Of a stretch of DNA of 64,000 nucleotides, positions 13,491 to 26,558 are shown in pieces (the first letter of the stretch is position 1; each line of letters begins with the position of its first letter). The notes under the pieces are model-generated. The model was not told where the DNA came from. It worked only from the letters and a program-made list of their open reading frames with translations, and made no database searches. The translations under genes were made by a program, and so were the position numbers. Location of the stretch: contig JBNGIO010006010.1 in NCBI GenBank assembly GCA_049999805.1, positions 1 through 64,000 on the forward strand, read 5' to 3'. Origin of the DNA: Folioceros fuciformis. Its lineage: Eukaryota.

Positions 13491-13992
13491 GGAGCCACTG
13501 ATGGGAAAAACGAGGTGCACCTACCCCAACTCCACCTCCCACTTGAACGGATATCCTTCAGCTTGGCCCCTAGGAATCATCTGCTACCCAACAAACGCCA
13601 GGCGCTATTCGTCACTACAAAGTAATTGAAGGCACGAAACCCGAAGCGCCAGGTCGTCATGGTCATGTCTTTGTTTGCATCATGCTAAGCGCAAAGTCAC
13701 CGTGGTGTCCATGATCTGAGCTCTAATAACAGAGTACCTGGCCGTAATACATGCCGTTCTGGATCACTGTAATCTCACTGCAGCGTAACCGTAACTGTTT
13801 GTATACAGCACAAATACCTTGCGCGAGTTACTTGACAACGCCTTATACCTCACAACGCGTATCAAGTTACATTGCATGGTTGCTTGTGTTTTGAGAGGAC
13901 GGCACAGCAGTGCGAACTAGAAGCAAGCTCATAGTGCACGATTTGAGAGGACGGCATAGCAGTGCGAACTAGAAGCAAGCTCATAGTGCACG

Positions 13993-14420
13993 ATGAGGAT
14001 TGATCTTCAAGCGGTGATCACTCAGTTGGAAGAAGATTGAACCCATGCAACTCGGTTATGTGCCGCTGCGCATTGTTGTTGAGGATTATAATGTGAGCCT
14101 ATTTGTATTGAGGGTGTGTTACTTGTTTCACGGCGATCTCCCAAATGGTTGGTGCAAAAAGTGTAAGGAAATTGTAAGTGGCAAGCTGTATTATCGTTTA
14201 CGACTGCTGCTTGCATATTCAAGTTCCAAGACATGGACAACCGCTTTCGCAGCCGGAAGGGATTTTATGAGGTTGACTCCATAGGAGTTCAGTATGAAGG
14301 AAGTGAGAGGAGAAGCCTCAACTTTGCTTAGAAGGTTGTAAGGAAGGCATTTCTTTTGCCTCTTCTTCATTAAGAGAACCATTGCTCACCACCTTGCAAG
14401 CGTTATTATTTTACGAGCTC
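13993..14420 (+). pseudogene. RPA1 C-terminal (DBD-C)-like OB-fold/zinc-ribbon ORF remnant inside the MULE
   Basis: MRIDLQAVITQL...(frameshift)...LRVCYLFHGDLPNGWCKKCKEIVSGKLYYRLRLLLAYSSSKTWTTAFAAGRDFMRLTP*EF resembles the RPA70-C pattern CxxC...RYxLxLxxxDxxGxxWxTxF...xxLxxxxxEL. Confidence 0.55.
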
Positions 14421-14797
14421 ATGTAGTGTATGTGCAGGACTTGTTTCCAACCATTTCAGAGCTAGGGAGCACACAAGCTAGACCACACCTAGGAAAACTA
14501 TGTTGTGCTAACAGTCCAAGAACACCAAGCGTTGAAGGCCTGTCCTTAGGTGTCTTGGACACGGCCATACCCACATCTTCTCATGCAAACATGAATTTAC
14601 AATTAGCAAACAAGACTTTGTCATTGTCTACTACTCTTGTCATTTGCTCCTTCTTATCCATAGTAAGGGCTATAGTGATAATGTCCCTCCCAACTACCAC
14701 CCTTGCCACTATTTCTCTCATACTTTGTCTTGTAGCAGACATTGCACTATGTTGGCTTTTGTAAGACTTCCCTACGTTTTGTATTTGAAAAACAAAA

Positions 14798-15300
14798 ATG
14801 TGGCTTAAAGTGGAAGCGTCTTTTGTCCATTCATGTAATCACAAAAATGTTATATGTACACAAACCCTAAACTAACAAAAGATGTGGCTTAAAGTGGAAG
14901 CGTCTTTTGTCCATTCATATAATCACAAAAATATTATATTATATGTACACAAACCCTAAACCAACAAAAGATGTGGCTTTAAGTGGAAGCGTCTTTTGTC
15001 CATTCATGTAATCACAAAAATGCTATATGTACACAAACCCTAAACCAACAAAAGATGTGTCTTAAAGTGGAAGCATCTTTTGTCCATTCATTAATCACAA
15101 AAATATTATATGTACACACATTCATGATTCCAACAAGCAATAATGAAAACTATGGTTTGATATAGCAATGCCAAATCTATGGCTTAAAGTAGAAGCATCT
15201 TTTTGTCCATCCATATAATCACAAAATAGTATATGTACACATATTCATGATTCTAGCAAGCAATAATGAAAACTACTTAGTACAATATACCAATGCCAAA
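14798..15300 (+). repeat. ~85-bp tandem repeat array (about 5 diverged copies) inside the MULE
   Basis: Recurring atgtggcttaaagtggaagcgtcttttgtccattca...tgtacacaaaccctaaa at ~14798, 14882, 14971, 15054 and 15178. Confidence 0.85.
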
Positions 15301-15461
15301 TCTAACAAAAACTATGCTTCAGTATGTTTGTTCCAGCAACTACATGGTTCATGAATGATTCTGCTTAGAAAGCTTCCAACTACTTTTCGTTTCTCAAAAT
15401 GCAACCTTTTTTTTTAAGCTGTTATCAGAATTGGTAGGATCAACCAAGGTAGAACCAAACC

Positions 15462-17743
15462 CTAGACCCTAACCCCTTTGTTATGATAGAGAAACTTCTT
15501 CCAGAAGTGTGTGCCTGCATCTTCAGTAATCGTAATTGACATGCCAAGTTGCCGACAATGTGTTTGAGCTTGGGCAACCTTGGAGTACTTGGAAAGTAAC
15601 TTGTGAGTGGGGACTACATTGTCCATACCCATCATGACCTTCAATTGGTGCTTGCACATGAAGCCTCTTGTCCCATGCTTGCATATGCAATAACCCCATG
15701 GTGTTCTCGCACCACTCACTATATACATGCACATGCTTCCATGATCTTGAATTTGCACATAAGTAAGGCTAGGAGATAATATGTTTAGTAACAATACATC
15801 ACTGTCTGCAATGCACAAAGCCTTTTGAAAGGCGCTCTTTACTAGTTGCTCCTGCTTTGAGTTCCTAAGCATGCTAGCTCCTTTACTAGTTGCTCCTGCT
15901 TTGACTTCCTAGGCATGCCAGCTCCTTTACTATTTGCTCCTGCTTTGACTTCCTAAGCANNNNNNNNNNTTCCTAAGCATGCCAGCTCCTTTACTATTTG
16001 CTCCTGCTTTGACTTCTTAAGCATGCCAGCTCCTTCACTATTTGCTCCTGCTTTGACTTCCTAAGCATGCCAGCTCCTTCACATTGTGCCACATACCAAA
16101 AATGTCTATTCACTTCCTCAAACAAAATGTGCAAAAGCCAGTCTAAACGCCGACTACGCAGGATTTTTTTGGATAGCAAGCATCTGTACTTCAGATGCTT
16201 GTGGTATGCCTCAATAGATGAGTTGCAATCTTGTCATGCATGTGGCACTGTACACATAGCTTTAATCCACTAATGCATGTTACAACCCCACTGGTCCCTA
16301 AAGTACTTGACAAAGCTAGGACCATGCTCACAAAAGGTGTCATAAAAGTGTGTCAATTTTTCTCTTGCAGGCTTGCTTCACATCGACACTCTCATCAAAG
16401 TCCATATGCATAATGTCACCCAAGCACTTCATAATGGCCTGTCTTATGTGGGGTTCCTTTACCTTTTTCAGCAACTGCCATAACCAGGCTCTCCTAACAT
16501 GCCACAAGCATAAAAGGATTTGCACAAATATTCCAAACACAACTTGGATGACATTGATTTCTGCCATCCAATTATCTACAAGAAAAGAAGTGGGTTGCCA
16601 TGTAGATTGATGTTGTACCATCTTCTTATGCAAGCAATGCAACCACTGTGAAATAACATATGATGTGGCCTTACTTATGACAACCCAAGCCACAAGAATG
16701 CCATTGAAGTGGTCATCAAATACCAAAACTGTGAAGAGATGGAACTTTCATTTGTTGGTGCCAAATGTGGCATCCATATCAATGATCGAGTTGTGAGCCC
16801 AACGGAGCATTGTCAGCATTTGAAAATCACTCTGGATGCCTAGCATGAAGTATGTGGCATGGTCTTCTATTTTTGGTAGTGGATAAAATACTTCAGATCT
16901 ATGGATATCCATCCATAGCTTAACACTCACCTCATCTCGTGCATGGAAACGTCACATCTTGGCATCAAGTTCAGCTTGTAAATTCCTAATGTCACTAGGA
17001 AGGAGAAAATCATCCTTCTAATGCCCTGCTTGTGGATCACCTTGCTTTCGTAAGAAAACATCAGACTCATGATCTTCCATGAACTGAAAGGCTGACGTCT
17101 TGTATAACAACTTGTACTTCAACCATTCCTTTTTGGCCATAGATAAGTAAGGAGCCAGAGTGCAATTTGGACTTGAGTTGATGGTAAGCGCTCCAGGATA
17201 ATACTGCCATGTGGAATCGATGTGGTGTGTTTCATGTAATCGTAATTCAACTACATTAGGGAACATTTCAAGTTAGCTAACAAACACAAAAAATTGGCAT
17301 CCAAGCTTCTTACTCTCCCCACACATCACCTTAGAGCGCCTACTGCTAGCACTTGTCTTTGGTTTGTTAGTGAGATCAGCACAAATGTTTGATTCCATGA
17401 CACTGTATTTTCGGGAACCAAAAGCACAACTAAATTTCATGTAATGGCAAGGAGTGGTTGGATAGATTGCATTTTGCCCGATGCTTGACCGTGTCCACAC
17501 GTTCACCCTTATCAACTTCGTTGGAAACAATTTTGATGCCTCCTCCCCAACGATGAAATCTGCATATCTTCCCCATGGAATGTAACAAGTTTTGACGTGA
17601 CTAACTTTCTTTCGGACTGTGTGCACATCTTGCCATTCCACGGTTTCCTTTGGGAAAGGTCCTGGGCAAGGAGTCTGAACAATGAAAGGGCACGTTTGTG
17701 GCTGAACGAGAACATCTGCATTTCTACACCCAACTTCCATCAT
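15462..17743 (-). pseudogene. Decayed MULE (MuDR-type DDE plus SWIM zinc finger) transposase
   Basis: Fragments IIDMDATFGTNK, VFDDHFNGILVAWVV, SFLVDNWMAEINVIQVVFG, LLCLWHVRRAW and SWIM-like YCICKHGTRGFMCKHQLKV; broken by stops, frameshifts and a 44-bp repeat expansion. Confidence 0.88.
15836..16080 (+). repeat. 44-bp tandem repeat within the transposase pseudogene (spans an N gap)
   Basis: Unit cctaagcatgccagctcctttactatttgctcctgctttgactt starts at 15864, 15908 and 15952, and continues after the gap. Confidence 0.85.
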
Positions 17744-18586
17744 GATCTTTGGAATCTAGAGACAACCTGATTGTTCAAGTTCACTCAATGGAAGCACTCA
17801 ATTGTGTACGCCGCAAGGTGTGTGCACCTTGCTTCACAATAGCAACATGCTTGCTTCATAATAGCAACATACGCGGGATGCCTTGGATTTGTGGCTTGGA
17901 ACATTTGAAAGGTAGTTTCGGTGTCTCTTCCTCAAATTTCCGCGCCGTAGATGTATACAGCTAGAATACAAATAGTTACGGTTACGCCGCAGTGAGATTA
18001 CAATGATCCGGAAAGGCATGCATTACGACCAGGCACTCTGTTATTAGAGCTCAGATTATGGACACGGTGACTTTGCGCTTAGCATGATGCAAACAAAGAC
18101 ATGACCATGTCGACCTGGCGCTTCGGGTTTCGTGCCTTCAATTACTTTGTAGTGACGAATAGCGCCTGGCCCAACAAACAGACACACGGAATCGACTATC
18201 CCTGTTCCGGCAGCATCTCGAAAAGAGCCTTGCTGATAACCGCTGCCTTGGGTTTCAGGGCTTATCAATCACTCTTCCCGGCCCAACTCACCATAAATAG
18301 CCCCCCAGTTAACGCCTCCGCAGGCGCTTCCTTCTCCACAGGTGTCAGAATGGGACGTGACTCGCCACACCGCCACTTCCTGGATTTTATTCACCTTGCG
18401 TCCGGATTGGCCCACCCGCAGGGGAGGGCCTTCCCGACAGGGCCTCCATGCTGAATGCGGTTACCACCGCCCTTCTTGCTACTGTGCTCGTGTCACTGTG
18501 CTCTCCAGTTCTACCTGGCTGGACCGGCAGTTGGAATCCGCCACCTTTCTTTCAGAATCTTTCCCCTTCTGGGAGCCGCAGATGAT

Positions 18587-18665
18587 GTGCCCGTGCCCGT
18601 GCCCGTGCCCGTGCCCATGCCCATGCCCGTGCCCGTGCCCGTGCCCATGCCCATGCCCGTGCCCG
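18587..18665 (+). repeat. (GTGCCC/ATGCCC)n hexanucleotide microsatellite
   Basis: Directly visible. Confidence 0.9.
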
Positions 18666-20246
18666 ACCCCCAGCTTGGAGTGTTGTGTGACGCAACGCAA
18701 CACGGTGCTTACTTGCTTTTAGAAAATGTTGCTACATGTAGATCTCACCTTGGAAGCTGCTGCTGCTGCTACCTGCGCCTGCGAGTGACTGTAGCATTAT
18801 CTTAGTACGTTGCACTGTACACCTAGTGCGCTGTGATGTCATGCAGCATTTTCGAGATGATCTTCCCTGTGGATTTCGGACAGGGCCCACGCATCCAGCC
18901 CTTCCTCGCCTGCTTCAATAACCTGGCAACAAGCGGAATCGCTAGCGCTAGAGGTAGGCTTCATTTGTTGCATTCCTGCCGCCGTCCGTTGGTTCTCGCT
19001 CATCGCCATCGTCCGGTTGACGCTTGCCGAGGGCCCAACCCAAGTCTCTCCTTACTCATCCATATTCCTGGCGTCACACTTCATCGCCCAAAAGTTGTAG
19101 CTTATGCACTCCGCCCTCATCCATGTGTCTTGTGATATGTCCGTAGCGAGAGCTTGGGCAGCTTTCCGGTCATCAGTCCATGCTGATGAACCGTCATGAC
19201 TCTCATCATACATGCAAAAGCTGCCACGCAACTCCTCCACCGTACTATGTCACCAATTCACAAGGAGACGCCCACTGCACGCATTTGAAATCAGGCCACA
19301 TTCAGCCGACCGTGTGTCCACAAAGAAAGGATCGGGGAGGCTTGAGAGAAAAGATCACCGGGATTCGTCAAACCCAAAAGTCGTCCAACTGTGTCGATTC
19401 CAGCCAGGTAGTTAGGACTTGGGCAGTCTTGCAGGAGTTTTGTGTCCAGTCTCGGGAGTTGTGCCATCCTATGACCATGAACCATGTCCACAATCTAAAA
19501 CGGCACATGAAAAGCATACAAGTCACACAGGGTAGGGAACCGTTAGCATGGCCAAGAGACACCATGTGTACCACATGCTCGAGGCGGCACACGACACAGT
19601 CCTCTGTTTCACGAACAGTCGCACGTGCTGAAGGTGTGAGAGCAACATGTCCCTTGTGCTTGGCACGAGCAGTTACTTCATGGACGTGGCCACACAGAAA
19701 CACCTCATTTTGGCCAAACATCACCCTTGTACCCCCGCTGGATGACATGAACAACTCCGCTAGCGGCTTCAAGTAAACACCTGACAAATGCAATGCATCG
19801 TCCTGGGCTACAAAGGCAGCTTCGTCAGCACACACCTTCATGAACTCTGCAGTATTCTTACAAAATTTTTGCTCCCACTGAATTGGGCCTACATCCCAAT
19901 ACACAACCTAAACTTTTAGGCAACCCTGGTGACAACAACACCAGGGTCTGCAGTGCAGCCGCTACACTACAAAGCTGGAGCCTGCAGGCAGATGATCTCA
20001 CAGATCAGAGGCAACATCAACAAGTAAACGCTATGAAACAGTGATACATGATATAGAGGGATCACGACACTTAGGGAACAACTTGTTGGCAATCCTTTGA
20101 GCTGCCTTGACCTTACACTGCCTTCTTTCTTCAATGTACTAATTGCAAAACTTTGATAAACTCCTCATACACAGGAACCCCGTCTGGAGCCGACTGGAAA
20201 CAAGTGTAAAAGTCTACAGATCAAGAAACATCCAAGAAGTCTCCCG

Positions 20247-21744
20247 CTACCGGGAAATGTTGGCCACGATTTGCAAGATCTCGAGAACGGCCTCCGGGTC
20301 CTCACCACTGAAGACTAGTCTACGCATTTCATCTGTGGACGCAACCTCCTTCAAGTTTTTGGCGATACATTCGACACAGGCCTTCTTTACCCAGCTTGAA
20401 TCATACATTCTAGCCTGCTGAAGTGTATCCAGAGCATTGAAGGGTTGAAGCGCTGACGCTACGGCATTTTCACACACTCTTTTCAAACCGGGAATGTCAT
20501 ACTTGTGTGCGGCAGCTAGGAGAGCCATTCCGTGCTCTTCCATGACTTTAGGGTCATAATCACCTGCAAGCATTGAACAGTGCAAAACGGGGTTATCCAC
20601 CGGGACACTTCAGGCCCCCCTGGCTGATTTGCATGAGAAGAGATTAAGATGATTCAGCATGTACCGGTATATAGGTAAAGGAGGAGAGCTCGCATTACAG
20701 GTGTGGGAACATCAGCAACGCGAACCACAGCACAAGTCTTCTCCTTCAATTCATGCTCAAACATGGCCTTGAAAACAGGTGACCGGCTCGCCTTTACGCA
20801 ACACAACACATAGGAAGCTCAGCATCCCAATTACAACCTAGAAGTCCTCTGGTGGACAGCAAAACGTTAGCATGGATGCATGTGTAACACTCTAAACACG
20901 CTTGCAGATGCATGTCGCCAGCATCATCAACACATCCTAAGTCAAGCTCCATAACCTGAAATAACATGCAATTGACGACGGAAACAGCCTCAGACGGTGG
21001 CCTGGAATGATTGGATCGATAACAGGGCCGCTGCAAAGTTTTGCTGCCAGCTTAGGCACAGGAACACAACAAGCTCCACTGATTAACCAAGTCTCACCTT
21101 CAAGCTGACAACACTGACATCCACAAGACGTCAGTGCCGGAATGTCGTGAGAGGGAAAAGCATCACTTGTTCCCGCACTACACACCGGCACGTGCAAAAT
21201 GAACCTGATGAGCTACTGGTGGTAAGCACCCTGACTGGAACGGGTAGAAAACAAACAAGGCAGAAACACGGTCATGAAGCGAGCTGAGCCAACACGCTGA
21301 AAACACAGACCCCTGGTGCAGTTGAAGCATGGCGAAGAAATTGTGCAACGCACAAGAACCAACCATGCACCAACCCTACCAGCTATAACTACGGAGTCCA
21401 CCCATCAAAAAGGAACTTCAGTCTCTCACCAGCACTGCTCGATGAGCAGGAGTTGTTTCCTTCTCGCCGGTCTCAATGGTGACATCGGCATGGAGTCCTC
21501 TATGCAACATTTCCTTGAAGTCTTGTAACACTTGTTCTAGACGCTGGGTCGTTGACCTCTCCTTCTGCAGATGCCCTTCCACCAGCTGAAGGTCGCTCTC
21601 AGAGTGTCGCCACCGCTGCTCGTTCCGGAAATCGCTCTCCGATCTCAGGTCGAAGCAAGCGTGGCAGTAGGTGATGTTGCCTTCACAGACCTGACCACAC
21701 TGGTAGCAGATGTTAAACTCGTTCAAATCGCTGGAAAGCTCCAT
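20247..21744 (-). CDS. BTB/POZ domain protein with N-terminal Cys cluster; exons 21744-21430, 20791-20665, 20563-20247 (~252 aa)
   Basis: CYQC...CHAC, then HADVTIETGEKETTPAHRAVL|ASRSPVFKAMFEHELKEK...MRALLLYLYTG|DYD...LLAAAHKYDIPGLKRVCE; GT-AG junctions in consistent phase. Confidence 0.92.
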
Positions 21745-23379
21745 TCCCTTCTGCCCGGCCAATAGCTTGCTCCCCTGAACGGTTTCATATACATACAAAA
21801 GGCCTTTCTATCCGGACGCATCTGCCACGCATACAAAGCTTCTGTCTTTGTGGCTCCTATCCGAGGCTCGACGCTCGATCTGGAAACGAGGTGATGGCTT
21901 CCCAATGAGAATTGCTAGGGCGATCGTGTGGAACCTCAAACCCTAGCAACTTGCTCCTTCGCGAGTCATCGATCTCCGACGTCCCGGGCCTACACCAGGA
22001 CTGCAAACAGCATCGAAAAGCTTCCAACAAGGGTCAGCATATTTCCAGAAGCAATCTGTATATTATCTGCCGGAACGACAGATTTTTTTTGCATACGACG
22101 GATGATGCAAATCTGGAAAAGCGAAGAAGGATTCTAGTACAGTCCACTGAGGACGGGTTTCCACCATGGGAATATGGTACATACTGTGATTGTATATGGT
22201 ATACCTCATTAAGGGCCACCATCACCCATTTTCTTGGGGCCAAGGGATCTTCTGGTTGTAGCATCTATCTAAAGCTGAAGACTGATAGGCATCCTCTCCT
22301 TTTAGGCACCCCATCTAAGTACTGATTACAAGATTCTGCCCAAGTACTGATGCATCTTCACTTCTAATTTTAATGACCCATCTTAGTCTTTCCTTGGAAA
22401 CCCATCCATCCGAAAAATCCATTGCTACTCAAAATATAAGATGCCAGAGTCTACTCGCGGTCAGGTCTACTCACAATCATGAGCATGTTATCCTCCCTCT
22501 TCGAGTTGGCAGCAAAGGGAGTGCATCGGCCAAGCTTCACAAATACAAGTAGAATGTGTTTTCTATCCTTGACTTTAGGTTGCCTTTTGGGCTTCTTTTC
22601 ATTGTTTAGGGTGTAGCAAATATTTTTTCAGCAGAGGGTTTTATTGCTTTATGGCAAATATTTCTTGAGTTGAGGGTTTCTATTGCTTGATAGCGAATGT
22701 TTTTTTAGTACATGGTTTCTATTATTCTACACCAAATGTTGGCTAATGCCATCTATACATGACAACATTGGCAACAGAGATAGTATAAACAACCTAATAG
22801 TAGATAAACCCTTTCTCCTCCTAAATCATGATGTTTTATATATTATTGGTAGTCATTAGGCTTAGGGGTTAGCCTTGGTATTCTTATCATGATCTATCTC
22901 CATTAACTTAGAATCACAGTACCGATCTGAAGCTTGAGTTGGCTTACGGCCTTATTTGTCGTCAGGTTTTTTCATGCGACGCTTGTCAGACAGGAAAATT
23001 TTGCTTTTCCCGTATTACAGCACAGGAATAGAAAGTTATATTCGCATTCATCCTCGAACACCCTGTTGTGTCGCGTATGCTTGGAGGATAGGGTGGATAT
23101 CACTTCATGCGTTGTCTTGCTTTCGCTCGCGACTGACATGCTGAGGTCGGATCTGTGACGGGTGCTTCTCAGCAGCGGTTGATGTTGGTACGGTCTGTTT
23201 GCCTCGCAACCCGTCGCTGGCGTGTTGTGTGGCACGAATGCATATCGTCGATGACGAGATTGATTACATCAGAAGGATTGATTTGGCCGAGCAAGGCGGG
23301 ATTCTGTGGTTTCGGACGGTTCTGATGATACTCATGTGGCTTCAATCAGGTCTGAACAACGGCTGGTAGGCCCGTTGCA

Positions 23380-25192
23380 ATGGCAGAAGGAGAGGCAACT
23401 GGTAGCAGCAGCCAGGAGGAAGGCTTGTACAAGCCATTCCTCTCCAAGCCCTCTACAACTTGGGATGATCCTGTCGCGATTGCTTCTCCTGATCACGGCT
23501 TCAATTACGGCACAAGGCCGTGGAAGGATATCCCGTTTCTTGTTGTCTTTGTGATTGTTTGCCTTGCCAGCATTGGACTTGGCATTTTTGCTGTTGTGAA
23601 CCACAACCCTGATTTCTTCCAAGACGTACAATTTGATCAAAACCAAACTTGTCAGGTTGTTCACAACTCCCCAGGATTGAGCAGCATTCTGGCCAAGACC
23701 GGATTGAGGGACTGGGATGACGATTTGTTTTTGACAGCTTTGATTTCTTCTGTGGTTGGGACTCTGGTTTTGAGCGTGCCGTTAGTATGGGGACTTCTGT
23801 GGCTGCTCAGGAATTACGCCAAGGAGCTTGTGTATGCAAGCTTGCCTTTCCTTTTTCTTGCCCCCGTCCTACTGAATATAACCTGGTTTGTTTATTGTCT
23901 GAATGAGACGGATTGCCAGGAAGCCTTGCTTCTTTCCTACAGAATAACTGCGTTTCTTCTCGTTTTTGTGTTCTGCGGGTTTCTGCTGTGGGTGATCTGG
24001 GCTGCCCGCAGTAGTATGGAATTGGCGATAATGGTTATTCGAACCGCATCCGAGTCTCTCAACAAGAACTTGAAGCTTTTGTTTGTGTTGCCTGGTCTGT
24101 TCTTGTCTTTTGCGGTCTTCTTCGTCGCTCTGGTGGTCTTTGCCTTTTTTGCCTATGCGAATGGTAAGGTCGTCGTTAGTTCTCCCCATGTGGACATCTC
24201 GGATCCTTGTATCTGGAAAGTGCAAGGTTGGGTGCCTGCCTACCTGGCTTTAGCTGTGTTGGCCCTCTACTGGTCCACCTCAAATATTGAAGAGATTCAA
24301 AGCTATGTGATCGCTGGTACTGTTTCTCAATGGTACTTCGCACCTGCCAACTCTCCTGTCAAGGGAGCAACAGTGAGGTCATTGAGGTAAGTCTGGGTGG
24401 ACAATACCGGTTTATCTGTGTGAGCAACATAATGCAGCTCAACTCGGTTACATGCGCTTATACTTACACACCTGCAGCCTGTTATGTTGGACAGGCATGC
24501 ATTTGGTCCTTCTTCCGGGACAATCTGCTTTGCTGGTTTGATCGTTGCCATAGTGCGGATGGTACGAGCAGCTTCTCGCAATGCACGTGGTGATCGAGGA
24601 CAAGGGCTTTTGTCAACAATTGTCCGCTGCTGTTTGGAGCTCATGTTGAGGATAGTTGAATTTGTTACCAATTTTACCATCACCTTCTCAGCCATCACTG
24701 GAGAAGATTTCTGCAAGTCAGCGCACAGGACCTATGATTTGCTGAAGAGGAACGCCTTGTCTACATTGTATGTGGACTCGGTGGCAGGAAACCTCTTGGG
24801 GTCGATTGTATTTGTGACAACAATTGTTTTCGCTGCTGTGGTGAGAAAACCAAGTGATTATCTTTCTGAACTTTGTTTACACCGAAGTCGTTGCCCATTA
24901 TTGTAATGCTGAATAGCTTCCGTCCTTCTTTCAGGTGTTTGGAGTTCTATACCTCCTGACGGATCTTGAATCAGGAGCTGCAATATCAGCTGCTTTCATA
25001 TGCTGGCTGATTCTTGCCTTTGTTCTCACTCTGTTTGCCAGGGTTCTGACAAAGACAGTGGATACAGTCTACATATGCTATGCTTTGGATAAAGACTCCG
25101 GAAACGTTTCGAAGGAGGAGGTCCATTCCGTGTACTTATTGCTCCCATCAGCGCAAAATGAGCCACCATCTCTTGCAGTGGCCCAACCTTGA
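23380..25192 (+). CDS. Choline transporter-like (CTL/SLC44 family) membrane protein; exons 23380-24386, 24495-24840, 24935-25192
   Basis: RPWKDIPFLVVF, many hydrophobic TM segments, YVIAGTVSQWYF, HAFGPSSGTICFAGLIVA, AITGEDFCKSA, VDTVYICYALDK; canonical splice sites. Confidence 0.92.
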
Positions 25193-26558
25193 ATGAACAG
25201 TGCTATCTCCCATATCCAACTACCTTGAGTTTGCGCATCTCCTGGTATCTTATGTGTGTGGGGTGGCCTGGAGCAGTGGAAGGGTTTTGAAGCGCAGGGC
25301 CGCAGGATCCCCGTTGAAGCTGCAAGAATCTGGCCTTGTGCTTAAAGGCAGCTCCCGCAATTGGCCATCTGCCTGACTATTCGGTATCAGTGTCACTTCA
25401 CCATCTTTACCGTATTGTTTCTTGCGATCTAAATAGTGTGATATGGACAGGGGAAATGGTAGAATAAGACCTGGCCTGCCTGCGGATGGTGGTGGGCTGA
25501 CTTTATTTGGTGTCCCATTTTTCCATAAAGCAGTGCACTGGTATGTGGTTGAACCTATCGAACCCCAATTATTTCAGTTCTGAAAGACAGCATTCTGTCA
25601 GGTTTTGTGGCCTAGAGAGCGCAAGGCTGCTAACTTTGAAGGTCTGGTGTCAGACAACAGCAGATACACCAGGAGTTGGTCAATTGAAAACCTAGGGTCC
25701 TTATTCAGATAAGGCCAACCCGTACGGCAGTTGCGCTACTCCGGACGAGTGTGAACCAATCTTGGAGGCTTTAGAGCGGACGATGCAAGCCAGAATGGAA
25801 GGGGCCTGGAGTCTGCAAAGGAGAAACTTGTTTGCTACTATTGCCCAACTCTGGACCAGTGTGAAGGTAGACAGAATGCATTAGACTAATGACCTTGCGA
25901 TTTGTGATATTCACCGCCTTGGAGAGGCGACTAAGTGACGTAGATAGGAACATACCATAGTGCCATAATGAGATTTGTGGATTGCCGTCATGTTTGTGGA
26001 GAAGAACTTTTCAAATTCCAGTTACAGTGTATGGCATACCTCAGCGGTCACCCGGGCATTTCTCTTCAGTATCTAATGGAATGTGCTCCTGTATTCCCTG
26101 TGCTCCTTAGTGACCAAACCTAAGAAACAGCGCACCTAGTACGACATTGACTAAACCAAAGAAACATTGGAATTTTCCTTAGCTGCGGATATCTGGTCGT
26201 GTTGCATCGGTGGCTCATGAGGATTCCGTTGCCGGCAAGCTGCCGTCGCTAGAATGGACTTTCGAGAGCAGGCCGATTCGAGGACATGTGCTGGAGGATT
26301 TGGCACTTGGCTCGCAGGCAAAGACAGGCGTGACTCGGATTGACTTGCCGAAGCATGTAGATCAAACTCGAGAGGATTTCATGCTTTGCCTGCTGCTGCA
26401 TGTCGGTTGTTGTTTTCGAGGACTCGAACAATTCTAGTCTAGTACGTTGTCAGCTAACAGCGATCTGGCTCTGATTTGTCAGCTTGGCGTGGAGGAGGCT
26501 AGATGGGCTGCAAAGCGACAAACTAAGGAGGATAAGAGTCTTAGCGAGGATAAGTCCC

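Larger units (their letters stand above)
13597..18170 (-). mobile_element. Full-length Mutator-like DNA transposon (MULE) with ~200 bp TIRs and 9-bp TSD CCAACAAAC
   Basis: Left end GCCAGGCGCTATTCGTCACTACAAAGTAATTGAAGGC... (13597) is the reverse complement of the right end ...GTAGTGACGAATAGCGCCTGGC (18170); CCAACAAAC lies at 13588-13596 and 18171-18179; internal MULE transposase remnants. Confidence 0.95.

Noticed and set aside
14798-16080. Repeat arrays superficially like a CRISPR array
   Set aside because: Units are head-to-tail with no unique spacers, the context is eukaryotic and no cas genes are present.
18830-19904. 178-aa and smaller minus-strand ORFs downstream of the BTB gene
   Set aside because: No recognisable domain in any frame I tried; splice-like signals suggest a long 3'UTR or non-coding transcript. 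Cannot support a CDS call.
26210-26437. Short ORF faintly like an F-box/LRR segment
   Set aside because: Too short and weak; does not match the dynein gene or any family I can name.
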